Origin: Lophium mytilinum
Lineage: Eukaryota
Direction: 5' to 3'
Assembly (NCBI GenBank): GCA_010093605.1
Contig: MU004199.1
Location: forward strand, 310,001 to 374,000
DNA: 64,000 bases
The stretch's first letter is position 1. Every line of letters begins with the position of its first letter. Shown here in pieces: positions 1 to 11,252 of this stretch. The position numbers and the translations under genes are program-made. Under the pieces are notes generated by a model. It made no database searches and was not told the DNA's origin. It saw only the letters and a list, made by a program, of their open reading frames with translations.

Positions 1-364
1 ACGTAACGACTAGTTTTCTTTCTCTATGTTATCTCAGCTATAGAGAATCGACAATCATGCTCTACTATCATCTACTGCCCCAAAGTGTTTCTCTTGCTGG
101 AGCTGTTGTGTCTGAAGTCCTTGTACAGGCAATTGAGAACAGCCTGCATGATATCTCCTCGACATAGTCTAATCCTTCCTTCTATTTCTCTTACCCACTT
201 CAACTTCCTTCACGTCATCCTTGCATTAGCTGAATTCTTCTTCCTCAGCTAGAGAGGCCAGAACCCCCTTCGGCTAAACAACCTAGACTGTGGCATACAC
301 ACACCTATCCTTTCTCCAGCGAAGTCCTCCCTCGTCCCCTCGCACGCATGAATCTTAGCGTTGC

Positions 365-720
365 CCTCGGCCCTTCAATTCTTCCGCTTGCTCGACACCT
401 CGCAGAATCGACGTGTCACCGCAATCTGCGCCACACGTGACTCTCTAACTAGCTCCTCCTCACCAAGCCCATATCTATCTATTCTCACACCCTCGACCTT
501 TTAAAAACTCCGCTACCCTCCACCTCACGAAATACGCATGTCGCTACAATCTGCTCCCCACGTGACTCTACGCACCTTTATCAGTGCTCTGGCGTTAATG
601 GTCTTCCCTGCCCTCAAACATACCCATTCACGCACCCTCGGTCCTTGCATTCTTCCGGCTTGCGCGACACCACCTCGCAGAATCGACACGCCACCAGAAT
701 TCCGCGCGGCTCACGTGACC
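365..720. repeat. Diverged ~85-bp direct repeat (copies ~365-445 and ~635-720)
   Basis: Both copies read CCCTCGG..CCTT..ATTCTTCCG.CTTGC.CGACAC..CTCGCAGAATCGAC...CACC...CACGTGAC. CACGTGAC also occurs at ~559. Confidence 0.6.
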
Positions 721-1247
721 TGGATACATAATCCACCCCCCTCTCCACCTCCACCTCTTTCCAGCAGCGTAGAGATCAGGGCCGAGAACGGCAGCATAGC
801 AGAATAGTGGAAGCACGCGGAATGAGAAAAGATCAGACTGCCTCAATAGCTGGCCTGCGGGATGTATAGTGACGATTGAGACAGGAAAGTGTTGTGTATA
901 GGAGTTTAGAGCGTGGAAAATGGGGGGTGAGAAAACCCGTGTATATTGATAGTTTTGTATTACGAGGTAAGGGGTTACAAAAGGAAGAAGATACAACGGT
1001 AGAAAAGAAAATACAGGTATATAACAACAACTCCTTTTGTATAATCCCCCTATTCCTATTCCCATTCTGGGTCTTCTCGTATCCAAAACACCCACCCCTC
1101 TTCTAGGTATGCAAACGCCATAAGGAGATCCGGAGCAGAGTCCTCTATATCAACTCCGATATATCGCCCGGATGGCAAAGAGCACAGGAAAATCCAGATA
1201 CCGACAAAGGAAAATCAGCGGTAGCCGCCTCGCCTCGTAATAACTCT

Positions 1248-3362
1248 TTAATTCCCACCCCCCCTCCTCCTCCCTCCTCTCAAACTCGGCCCAAACCCAT
1301 CCTCATCCTCACTCCCCCTCCCCCCCAACCCCTGCGCCGCTCTCAACGCCTTCCCCCGCTCCCTCGCCCGCTCCTCCGCCGCCGCCTTCTCCTGCGCCTC
1401 CGCAATCACCCTCGCGCCCCGCTGCCTCAACGACTCCCTCCTCGAAACCCCCGGCGACGACGGCGTCGACGGCGGCTGCTGCGCGTACGCCGACCTCGAC
1501 GGCGGCGGCCCATGCGGTGGTGCCGGCTGGGTCGTATCGATCGACAGATCCGGCGGCGCGGGCTGGTGGATCGACACCCTACGGCTCCTACTCGGCGGGC
1601 GTTGCGACGACACGCTCCCCCTCCTCCCTAGCCCGAACCCGCCATCCATCCCATCCCGTGGTGGTAGAGGCGGGCCGGTGACACTGCCCCGTCGACTCCG
1701 CATCCCAGCCGGCGGTGCGTCCATCATCGGCGACCCCACTCCCCCAGCAGTGTTGTAGACGTTAGCCTGCCGCATCTCCCCCCTGGGGTCCCAGTACTCC
1801 GGCCGCTGCTGGCGGGCACGCAGCTGCTGCGCGCGCTCGTCGCGGTCGCGGTGAGCGGCGGCGACGCGTTCGGCTTCCATGATGGCGGCGGTTTCGGCGA
1901 GGGCGAGCTCGTATTCTTTCGTTGCGATCGAGACGGACGAGCGTTTGCTAGGTTTCGGTTGGTGAGAAAACGACTCCGGGCGCGAGGGCTGGGAAACGGA
2001 GGGACGCCGTGAGCGAGCGGTGGTAGAGGCGTCGAGAGCCGCCTGCGCGTCTTCCATCTGCCGCTTCCTTCGTGCGATCTCGTCGTCGAGCCGCGTGGGT
2101 TTCCGGGTAGGAGGGGGGCGGGTGCTGCGGGTTTCGCGGTCGCGGTCGCGCTCTTTCTCGCGCTCTTTCTCGCGCTCTTTCTCGCGGTTGGCTTTTTCGC
2201 GCTCTAAGCGGTCGAGCTCGGCGGCGTACTCCTCGTCTTTCCGCTTTTGCTCTTTGCGTTTTAGATACCGTGCCGTTTCGCGCTCCTCTGCTCGTCGCTT
2301 CTCTGCCTCCGCGATCTTCTGCTCGTTGCGCAGTTTCTCGCGGTCGGCGAACCGCCCGCGCTCGAGGGTGGCCTGGCGCGCCTCCTCATCCTCCTTGGCT
2401 TGCAGCGATGCGGCGATGGCGGCGTCGGTGGCTTCTTGCAGATTTTTGCTGTCAGTGGGGAGGTTTGGTGGATATGACGGATAAGAGGGGTACGTGGACG
2501 CGGGCGAGTGGTGACCGGGGACAAATTGCGTGTAGTCGGAGGGGAAGGCGGAGGTCTCGGCGGAGAGGGATGTAGCGGTTGAGCCTGAAGTGCGGGGAGT
2601 GACGAGGGTAGTGTGGTAGGGGGATGGACTGGGGGGCGCGGTGCTGAAAGACGGGGATGATGGAGCCTGCGATATTGGTGGGAGTGGTTGGTGGAGGGAA
2701 ACCGGGTTGCGGGTACTCCTGCGGTGGTTGGTAGGGCTGGACGGGGGTTCGGACGGGGAGTATGGCGATTGATAGTACCCTGAGCCACCGTAAGATGAGC
2801 TAGACGAGGTGTGGCGGTGGTGCGAGGCGTGCGTTGTGGGATAGGCAGGGATGGTGGAGTAGGGAGCGCTGGAGGCAGGGGGTGCGAGGGGAGCTTCCGG
2901 GAAGCCGGTTCTGATCGGAGAGTAGGAAGCACGTGAAGTGGGGGAGTCGATGTTGACCTCGTTAGAGGACGCAATGGAGACGGTGCCGAGCGAGGAGCGT
3001 TTATACTTCTTCTCCCGGTTCTTCTTGGAGCTAAAGTCAAGGATGATTTCGGGCTTGATGTAACGGGTGCGGCCGCGATCTTTAGTCGATGGGCGACGCT
3101 CGATGCTTGTAGGTCGGCGTTCTTGGATCAGGATCGTGCCTCCTGGTGGGGGTGTCGGCGGATTCAGAGATGCTGGGGACGGCGCATCATCTCTCAGAGA
3201 TGGCAAATGAGTCGGCGAAGACAGATGGATCTCAGTCTTCTTGGTAGTGACTCTGTTGCAGGTATGCGTCGAAGTAGCGTATTTGCATGTATGCGGGACC
3301 TCAACAACAGTATCCCGCGATCCGTCCCCGTAGATGTACCGGCGCTCCTCGATGTGACACAT
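1248..3362 (-). CDS. Hypothetical protein (704 aa): short Cys/His N-terminal motif, Pro/Ser-rich disordered region, central charged coiled coil
   Basis: Uninterrupted 704-codon ORF with ATC-ATG start context. N-terminus MCHIEERRY...C..A....C is followed by low-complexity and E/R/K-rich segments. No family recognised. Confidence 0.8.
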   Translation of the reverse strand: MCHIEERRYIYGDGSRDTVVEVPHTCKYATSTHTCNRVTTKKTEIHLSSPTHLPSLRDDAPSPASLNPPTPPPGGTILIQERRPTSIERRPSTKDRGRTRYIKPEIILDFSSKKNREKKYKRSSLGTVSIASSNEVNIDSPTSRASYSPIRTGFPEAPLAPPASSAPYSTIPAYPTTHASHHRHTSSSSSYGGSGYYQSPYSPSEPPSSPTNHRRSTRNPVSLHQPLPPISQAPSSPSFSTAPPSPSPYHTTLVTPRTSGSTATSLSAETSAFPSDYTQFVPGHHSPASTYPSYPSYPPNLPTDSKNLQEATDAAIAASLQAKEDEEARQATLERGRFADREKLRNEQKIAEAEKRRAEERETARYLKRKEQKRKDEEYAAELDRLEREKANREKEREKEREKERDRDRETRSTRPPPTRKPTRLDDEIARRKRQMEDAQAALDASTTARSRRPSVSQPSRPESFSHQPKPSKRSSVSIATKEYELALAETAAIMEAERVAAAHRDRDERAQQLRARQQRPEYWDPRGEMRQANVYNTAGGVGSPMMDAPPAGMRSRRGSVTGPPLPPRDGMDGGFGLGRRGSVSSQRPPSRSRRVSIHQPAPPDLSIDTTQPAPPHGPPPSRSAYAQQPPSTPSSPGVSRRESLRQRGARVIAEAQEKAAAEERARERGKALRAAQGLGGRGSEDEDGFGPSLRGGRRRGGGN

Positions 3363-6300
3363 GATAGCGGTTTTGGCGTTTAGATGGCGGAAGTTCTCGG
3401 TCGAATGGGTGCTCGGTTGCCGGAGGGAGTACTCCGGACGGACCGTTAAACTCTGGCAGGGAAGAGGTGGTTGCTTAAAGTGCTAGGGCTGCATATGTTG
3501 ACTGCGATATTTCCCGATGCTCTTTCCGACAAGAGTGAGATGAAACGGAGAAGGAGGAATGTAGCAGAAGACAAGATGAAAGAGCCAGATGACAATGAAT
3601 TTGGAACAAGAGTGACTAGCAATGGTCAAACAGGATGCTCATAGAAGTGTTGCGCGTGCACTTACGATGGTGATGTCGGCGGTTTGTGGTGGTGACGATA
3701 TAAAGGTGCAGGTGACAAGCCAACTGAAACAACTCGCAAGCGTAGAATGAATAGCGCACCAAGACTCAACAATGTCGAAGGCGAGGAAGCATGTCCACAA
3801 TGGGTCGGACTGAATAGTGACGTGCAGAAAGGTTATGCAGGAATATGTATGGCGCAGGAGTGTGCAGTGCAAGGCGGGGTGGCCCTACGGCGGATGGGGG
3901 TATATATCGGCTTGGGAGAGTGCAGCCTGGAGAGATCGGGCTTGGAGGCCTGGGGTGCAGCACTCAAGCAGCGGCTGGCTCGCCCTCCCTACATGACGGA
4001 GCAGGACGCATAGAGGGACGGGCAATGGGGCCAGTTGCACGCTCGTCGGGCGTCGAGGGCGAGGCATGGGAGACCTCTGCACTGCCTCAGGAGCGAAAAT
4101 GAGCCACAGCCGGGCCTGCCATCCTCGCTCTGGCCACTCTGCCCCGGCGTTTATCGCTGCGGGCGTGCCTGGTGAGCAGCGGAGCTTCTGAAACGGCAGG
4201 GTGAAGGCCTTGGTCGAGTCCGATGTGCCCGAAACAGCGATAAAAAGCACCGCCAGGGCGTGTCCTGGCAGCAAAGTCTCACGCACTGACGACGCTCCAC
4301 GCCCCGGTGCGCCCTAGAACAAGACGCCGTGGGTTGTCGTCGAGCATGGCGGTCATCGGAATGGCCCCCATTATCCAGATAGCGTTTGTCGGGTGACGGG
4401 GTGGTCAGGCACACTGCGGGCTCGTTGCAGCTGAGGGGGGGTGGAATGGAGGTGAAGGTCAGGGTGGGAGGGATGGCAGTGCAAGCCACTCGCCAGGCAC
4501 AAGGCCGCCGCGCGAGCCAGCGCGTGGGCAGTGCGCCCTCATTCGCAGGCGTGATGAGGCTGGAGGGCAGGGTGACCAACAATGGCATCCTATGACGCTG
4601 CTGGCATTGCCCTCACACTGGCTGGCGACTGCGGGAGCTACGGCTGCAGCCCGCTGCTGTCCCTGCCCGAACCGCTGCACGATGCATCGTTCGCAGGACG
4701 GCGAGGGTTGAGTCGTGACCCGACGGCCTCGCTCTCCACTCCACCATCAAGTATCGCGACTTTGCTCTTCCTAGGTACTCCGACGCCCTCCTTCTCAGCG
4801 TATCGTCCCTCGGGGGTTAGTCACGACGGAACGACGAGAACTCGCCCGTCCTCGTGAGCAGCGAGGTGCCTTGCTGCCTTCAGCTACGGGGGATGTCGGG
4901 GTGGGAGCATACGTCGTCTTTTTCCTCGCCGCACAGCAATGCCCTTTTGATCTTCGCATCCTTCGTCTCGTCTGCTGTATTCGACAAGAGGAACCGATAA
5001 GACCCAATAAAAAGGCCAGTCATCCCATTATTCGCCCTGTTGCCGCCCGCGGAGGAAGAATTCATTCGTCCGTGACCGCCAGTACAAACTCAGCTTTAGC
5101 CCTCATGTTCAACACCACCCACCCATCAGCAGCTCGTTTGACATCTCCATCTCGCGGCCCAACCTCTGGCTCAGCGATGCCCATCTCTTCAGCCTTGCAC
5201 ACGCGCCACGGCGGTTACGTGGATTCCTGTAATTAATCCCCGCCAGGGTTACAGCAGTCAATACTTAACATTTGGGGGCCGCAACACTCAGCTCTAGCTT
5301 TCTTTCCTTTTCCTCTGCTTTCCGATATGCAAGTTTGATTGCCATCCGCGTCTATCGCAGTAGGGTGGTGAGATTGGCCACCTCCAGGCCGTAGCTGCGC
5401 CTCGTCTCGTATAAGCCACACGCTAGCAGTCCGGATGTGGCACAGCTTGGTGTTGCAACACCGACTTTTGCTCCGGTCGTTGGCAGGACGTCATTGACGA
5501 GGCTGGACATCAAAGAGATTGCCAGGTAAGCAGGAACTTATTGATGAGCAAGCAGGTGTTGGACTTAGAAAGCAATGAAGACAATCGGGGGTTGCATTTC
5601 CTAAGGCTTGGCCGAAACAGGCATAGTATGCCAAAAATAGCCTCCTTGCTCTCTGATCCGACTCCAGCAACATCACAGCCCATCCGCTTTCTCTCAAACT
5701 CGACGTCCTATCACAGAAGCACCAGTTGTAAATTGCGAACAGATTTCTGCACTGTCCTTCCCGTATTGTCCGCAAAATGTACACCATCGTCAGCACTCTA
5801 ACCCCGTCCCTGGCGTCGGCGTTCATACCATGGGTGGCACAGCACCTCTGAAACCGTCAAACTCCGCAACGACCGGCGGCCACCACTACCCATCCACTAA
5901 ATTGTACCTAACGTGCTATCACAGGGTACGGAGCGGTGCTTCTTCCGTCGTCGCTCCGCGCACCCAGTCCCGCGTCAGGCACTCCCACCTTCTTGCCTCC
6001 CCGTGAGATTATAGCGTAGCGCTTTCACCCCAACTTCCAACCACCTCGCCGACCTCTTAATCGGGTCGCCGCTCAGCAAATCCAAATCTCACTGCCTGCA
6101 CCGATCGCATTTCAACGTTTCGGCTGCAGACAAGCTTCACGGCAGGATGCAGGACGCGTACCTTGTCCAGCTGAGCGCATGCACCACCTGCAGGCTTCAA
6201 CCTCAGCCTCGCAGCCTCGCCGCACCAGCCCCGCGCTCTGCATCACGGATTCACGGTATCACATGTGCGGTAGGTTCTTTCCAGGTAGGCCAATACTGCA

Positions 6301-7161
6301 CTCTTTAATTGTTCTCCACTTTTACATGCACCCTTTCTCTCGTTCAGACCGTTAGTCATCACAGTCATCCCCAGCTTTCTCGATTCAGCCATCAGGCATC
6401 TCTTTTTCTGCTCTCTCGCCACCTCTTCTTCGGGTCTCATGAGCAGTCCCGGTTTTAAATGGCTTATCTGATCACCCCACTCCACCGCCCGCTCCCAATT
6501 TCCGCCAAGGCTGCTGGGGATGTGTCTTAGTTGCCTGCGAATTGTTGGGCCTTGATGCTACCTCTACGGCGAGGGGCGGTTCCCAACCAATTGAAAGTAT
6601 GCCTTGCACTAGTCTGCGCGGCATAAACGTCCCTTCCGCGGTCCGAGGCGCCCGGCTTGCGGGGAAGTGAGACAGTGTCTTCGGCGGTTGGAGAGGGTGG
6701 AGTTGGGCTCGAAGAAAATGAAGTAGAGACGCGGCTAGGGGAGACAGTGCCATCACGCAGCCCAGAAAGAGCGCTTGGTTCCTTCAGTGAAGTTTCGACC
6801 TAGGATTGCGATCACTGCTGTTATTACTGCCTCCCAGAAGATGGTAGTGTGATAGGTTGGACGGCCGTATATTTGTGCTACGAATCTACCCTCGCATTGG
6901 AGATGGAGATGTGGGTCTTTAGGCTAGAGGGATCACGGGCGATATCCCGGAGTAAGGAAGTTAATGGCGAGTTCTCTCAATTAATGTCTTGGCAGGGAGT
7001 TTCCTGTACACCTAAAGCCGCCCTTGTTGTGGCATAAGACCTTCGTAAATGGTAATAAGTAATTTCTATAGTAAAGTATCGCCCGATCTATTCTACTGCT
7101 GCTGCAAGTCTATAAGCGCCCTAGGAGCTATGTTCGCACTTTCTAAAAGTCTTCCGGCTTC

Positions 7162-7540
7162 CATCTACTACGCCGTAAGTTTGGGCCCACGGATAACACT
7201 GTTAGAGGGTCGTTTTTGTAAGCTAGGCACCACTGTCAAGGGCGGCCCTATCGCGAGGATAGCTCTTGTCAAGAGGAAGCTCAGATTACACAGCCTAAAA
7301 CTTGACATGACGTCTTACAACGATAGTACCCACCCCATCGGGAGGGCACCTCTTGGTCAAGAGGAGGCTCAGATCACGCGGTCTCAAACTTGACATGTCG
7401 GCTTGCTCTACAGTACTAGGCTGTAAGTTTGGGTACATAGATATAATACTATTCAAGTATCGTTTTTGCAAGCCGGATACCACTGTCAGGGGCGACCCCA
7501 TTGTGAAGATACCTTTGGTCAAAAGGAAGGTCAGATTATG
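7162..7540 (+). mobile_element. Tandem forward copies of a Tc1/mariner-type TIR/MITE sequence (about 7162-7310, partial 7325-7400, 7411-7540)
   Basis: TA|CAGTACTAGGCTGTAAGTTTGGGTAC at 7409-7436. The internal CGTTTTTG.AAGC.GG..ACCACTGTCA.GGGCG.CCC core is repeated at 7210 and 7461. Confidence 0.7.
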
Positions 7541-7874
7541 TAAGCAAAAGTATCCCAGCTCGGTTTAGGTTCAGCATTGACCACCTTCACCACCACTGTT
7601 TAGGACGTGCACCTCAGTTCACCTAAACATTCATCAAACATTTCTTTTTCCCAACTCAGCACTGAAACATGCATGGCTCCCAAACTACAAGCAGATAAAC
7701 CATGTACCCCTCGTCTGAACATCCGACTGTACATTTGTAATCCGGGCCGACGTCGGGAAGACGTGCTACCTGCAGCAATTGTCGCAATGCCGGATACCAG
7801 CAACCTATATCCCACGCTCTTATCTCTCCGTCTTCTCTTTCCCTCTCTCAAATACCGCCGAAACATTGTCCAAA

Positions 7875-9020
7875 ATGCCTACCGAATTCATCAGTCTCGC
7901 ATTCACCAACGCCTCCACGGAGCTTAATCCACTCCCCCTCGGCGCAGCCATCGACCCCGACTACTTCGTCCGCTATGCCCGCAACCTCGACGACTACGGC
8001 TTCGACTACACCCTCCAACCCTACGACGCCGGCGGCTTCGACCCCTGGACGACCGGCGCGACCATCGCCGCCGTAACCAAGAAACTAAAGGTCATCATCG
8101 CCCTCCGCCCCAACACCGTCTACCCCACCGTCGCCGCCAAAGCCCTCGCGACCCTCGACCAGCTCAGCAGCGGCCGCGCCGTCGTACACTTCATCGCCGG
8201 CGGCAGCGACGCCGAGCAAGCGCGCGAGGGCGACTTCCTCTCCAAAGCAGAACGCTACGAGCGGCTGGACGAATACATCCGCATCCTGCGGCGCGCGTGG
8301 GCGTCAGCCGAGCCCTTCGACTGGGACGGGAAGCACTACCGCTTCAAGAACTACAGCAACCGCGTGCGACCCGTCAACGGCAAGACGATCCCCGTGTCCG
8401 TGGGCGGGTCGTCGGACGACGCGTACCGCGTCGGCGGCGCGCTGGCGGACATCTTCGGGCTGTGGGGCGAGCCGCTCAAGGAGACGAAGGAGCAGATCGC
8501 GAAGATCTACGCGGCGGCGGACGCGGCGGGCCGCGCGAAGGAGGACCGGCCCAGGATCTGGGTGACGTTTCGCCCGATCACGGCGGAGACGGAGGAGCTG
8601 GCGTGGGAGAAGGCGCATCGCACGCTGGATGCGCTGAAGGGGAATCGCGCGGATGCGAAGGGCACGATCCTCGGGGGTGCCGGCGCGCCGCAGAATGTCG
8701 GGTCGCAGAGGTTGCTGGAGATTGCGAAGAATGGGGAGGTGCAGGATCGCGCGCTGTGGTATCCGACGGTGACGGCGACGAATGCGAGGGGCGCGTCGAC
8801 GGCGTTGGTGGGGTCGTGGCAGACGGTTGCGGACGCGATTCTGGATTATGTGGATATTGGGTGTGAGCTTATTTCGATTCGGGGGTATGATAACTTGAAT
8901 GATGCGATTGATTATGGGAGGTATGTGCTTCCGAGGGTGAGGGAAGAGCTGGCGAGGCGGGAGGGGGCTGTGGATGCTCCTAAGAAACAGGGCGAGCCGG
9001 ATGCTGTTGTTGATGGTTGA
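7875..9020 (+). CDS. Luciferase-like (LLM class) flavin-dependent monooxygenase, alkanesulfonate monooxygenase (SsuD)-like; intronless, 381 aa
   Basis: Motifs IIALRP, AKALATLDQLSSGR, FDWDGKHY, VGGSSD, ALVGS..VAD..LDY. ATG at 7875 (AAA-ATG) is in frame with ORF 7779-9020. Confidence 0.93.
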   Translation: MPTEFISLAFTNASTELNPLPLGAAIDPDYFVRYARNLDDYGFDYTLQPYDAGGFDPWTTGATIAAVTKKLKVIIALRPNTVYPTVAAKALATLDQLSSGRAVVHFIAGGSDAEQAREGDFLSKAERYERLDEYIRILRRAWASAEPFDWDGKHYRFKNYSNRVRPVNGKTIPVSVGGSSDDAYRVGGALADIFGLWGEPLKETKEQIAKIYAAADAAGRAKEDRPRIWVTFRPITAETEELAWEKAHRTLDALKGNRADAKGTILGGAGAPQNVGSQRLLEIAKNGEVQDRALWYPTVTATNARGASTALVGSWQTVADAILDYVDIGCELISIRGYDNLNDAIDYGRYVLPRVREELARREGAVDAPKKQGEPDAVVDG

Positions 9021-9049
9021 GTTGGATTCAAGAGGCGTGCTTCGTAGAA

Positions 9050-9412
9050 TAGCGTAAATCGAGCTGCGTTTGGACCAAGACGTATCCTCGCGATGGGGCC
9101 GCCCCTGACAGTGGTGTTCAGTTTGCAAATGCCTCACTCAAGCAGTGATATCCGCGTGCCTGAATTATGGCCTTACTGTATTATGTCTATAGTCAATGAA
9201 TTTGGGCACTCGGTTGCCACTGTCAGGAGCAGCCCCATGGGAAGACCCCAGTGAAGGTGCCGTGTCAAGTTTCAGAGAGCGTAAATCAAGCTGCCTTTTG
9301 GCTTAGAGATATCCTCGGGATGAGGCCGCCGTTGACAGTGGTGACCAGCTTGCAAAAACGACACTCGAATAGTGTGATATCCGAGTATCCAAACTTATGG
9401 CCTAGTACTGTA
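9050..9412 (-). mobile_element. Reverse-orientation copies of the same TIR/MITE family (about 9050-9180 and 9260-9410), with a short forward TIR fragment at about 9188-9245
   Basis: Reverse complement from 9410 reads CAGTACTAGGCCATAAGTTTGGATACTCGGATATCACACTATTCGAGTGTCGTTTTTGCAAGC, bounded by TA at 9411-9412. About 79/100 ungapped identity to 7411-7510 by hand count. Confidence 0.75.
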
Positions 9413-9577
9413 AGTAGTTTTGACGGTTTCTCACCAAGAGCAGGCTAGGCAAAGCGTATCGGGACAAAGTCACATTATCCTCAGTTACTGCTACTTATGG
9501 TGCAACTAAGAACAAAAGCCACCCTCAATGTAGTGCAAACCTGACAGCCTTCTGACAGACTATCTACCATTTAGCCC

Positions 9578-10726
9578 TCAGGACCAAGTCAACGTGGCCT
9601 TGCTCGTCCTCTGCAGCCACGCCATCCTCACACGGCTGTAACACATCGCGCCTGTCCAAAACGTTAGCTTTGCATTCCCAAACCCCACCAAGAAAGAGAA
9701 GAACTTACATAACCACATTATGGACGTGAGAAAATACGACATAAAGGACATCGCCAGGGTTTCCTGCAGGTAGCTCCAGCTCATAGTGACGCTTGGCACC
9801 AACGCGTGCACCCAGATGAAAGGCAGCGCCCAGCGTGTGACGTTGCAGAATATCCACGCCCAAAAAGACAACCACAGCAGGCTTAGGAGTAGGAGCGCGC
9901 CTAGGAGGACGAAGCCGGTGGGCACAAAGCGCCACTCGCAGACCCAGCCGCGCAGTGTCATGAACTCGTCCATTTCGCGCATCACGTCCATAAGCTCTCC
10001 CATGCGCAGGCCGTTAGGGTTCTCGAGCACCGCTTGGGTCTTCCAGCGCGGCATGAACGGCATGGCGGGGTGACGTATCTGGATTCGGCGACCTCGTATG
10101 GTGACTTTGGTGACGCGGGGGAGAGAGACGAGTGTGTCGCGCCAGGTCGCGGTCGTGAGATCGAGATCTCCAGTCAGGAGGGGAAGCGGGAACGGAGCGA
10201 TGAAGGAGAACAAGAGCGACCCGTCGTCTTGGACAGACCAGCAGCCCTGATTCAGCCTTCGCCACAGGTGCCAGCGCTGAACGAGTCGCCCAAGCCAGGA
10301 CTCTCGCTTGACTAGAAGATCAGGCGCGAGGATGGGGTTGAGGTTGTCAGCAGACGGGGCCTTGTGGTTCGCGGAGATGCCACAGACCCGGCAACCGCCG
10401 TAGACGAGGTCGAGGAGATCGTGGGTGGTAAATTCGGTGGCTGTATCGCGGTCGATGGGGCGCTTCCACAGGTCGTGTTGGATCGCGGGGGAGCTTTCGA
10501 TGGCTTCCTTCCATGCCCTACAGATGCGCTTGTATTTGAGGACGTGCGGGACGCCTAGCTGATGGAGGATGAGGTCGAGAAGCTCGGGGCTGTTCAAAAC
10601 GGCATCGCGTGCTTTTGTCGGTCTGTCGTGACCGTCGTAATAGGAGAGGACGGGAAACGCGAGGTGCAGCGCGAGGAGCCCGTCAACGATGGCCCACCAG
10701 ACGATCTGGAGAGGGCGGAAGATCAT
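9578..10726 (-). CDS. F-box domain protein with hydrophobic N- and C-terminal segments
   Basis: F-box-like VLNSPELLDLILHQLGVPHVLKYKRICRAWKEAIESSPAIQHDLW. The NPNGLRMGEL motif is typical of this fungal F-box class. The start at the internal Met 10726 is inferred; the ORF extends to 11059. Confidence 0.7.
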   Translation of the reverse strand: MIFRPLQIVWWAIVDGLLALHLAFPVLSYYDGHDRPTKARDAVLNSPELLDLILHQLGVPHVLKYKRICRAWKEAIESSPAIQHDLWKRPIDRDTATEFTTHDLLDLVYGGCRVCGISANHKAPSADNLNPILAPDLLVKRESWLGRLVQRWHLWRRLNQGCWSVQDDGSLLFSFIAPFPLPLLTGDLDLTTATWRDTLVSLPRVTKVTIRGRRIQIRHPAMPFMPRWKTQAVLENPNGLRMGELMDVMREMDEFMTLRGWVCEWRFVPTGFVLLGALLLLSLLWLSFWAWIFCNVTRWALPFIWVHALVPSVTMSWSYLQETLAMSFMSYFLTSIMWLCKFFSFLVGFGNAKLTFWTGAMCYSRVRMAWLQRTSKATLTWS

Positions 10727-11252
10727 GCTGGCGTCACGACCTGGCCCTGGTCGCGGAGATGTGGTTTTTTCGTGGTTGTGGTTCCAAGTGGAGTGTGTCG
10801 TTGAAGAAGCTGAAACTCGGACAGAGAAGGCGGACGGCTTTAGTTTAGCGAGCGCGTGCGAAGAGCGACGAGCGACAGGTTGCCGACCCAAACAAAGCAC
10901 AACACGGGCGAACGAATGAAATGTACGGAGGGACGCAAGCAAACCGGAGTGTCTTGACTTAGATGAGATCTCCTCGGATGTGCAGAGAGAAGAGGGATGG
11001 ACGAGATGCAAGAGAACAATTTTGGCGTGGAGCACGTGATCGCCTTCCCTGTTGCCCATGGCATTATGATGATGTCCCTATGGTTCGACGTTGGGATTTC
11101 CGTGGTCCTCCTCAAGGGTTGAGGCGGTGCTGCTGTGGCTGATGTCAGCGGCTGTGTATCAAGTTGCAAATAAATAACGCGGCGTTCTATATCGTAAGAT
11201 AAATTAGCAGACTTAGTAAGCTCAAAGCTTCTTACATTGCCTGGGATCTTCA

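Noticed and set aside
8304..9137. Long antisense ORFs over GC-rich genes (also 23393-24235, 60262-60729, 2020-2484)
   Set aside because: They overlap well-supported genes on the opposite strand and are explained by codon bias.
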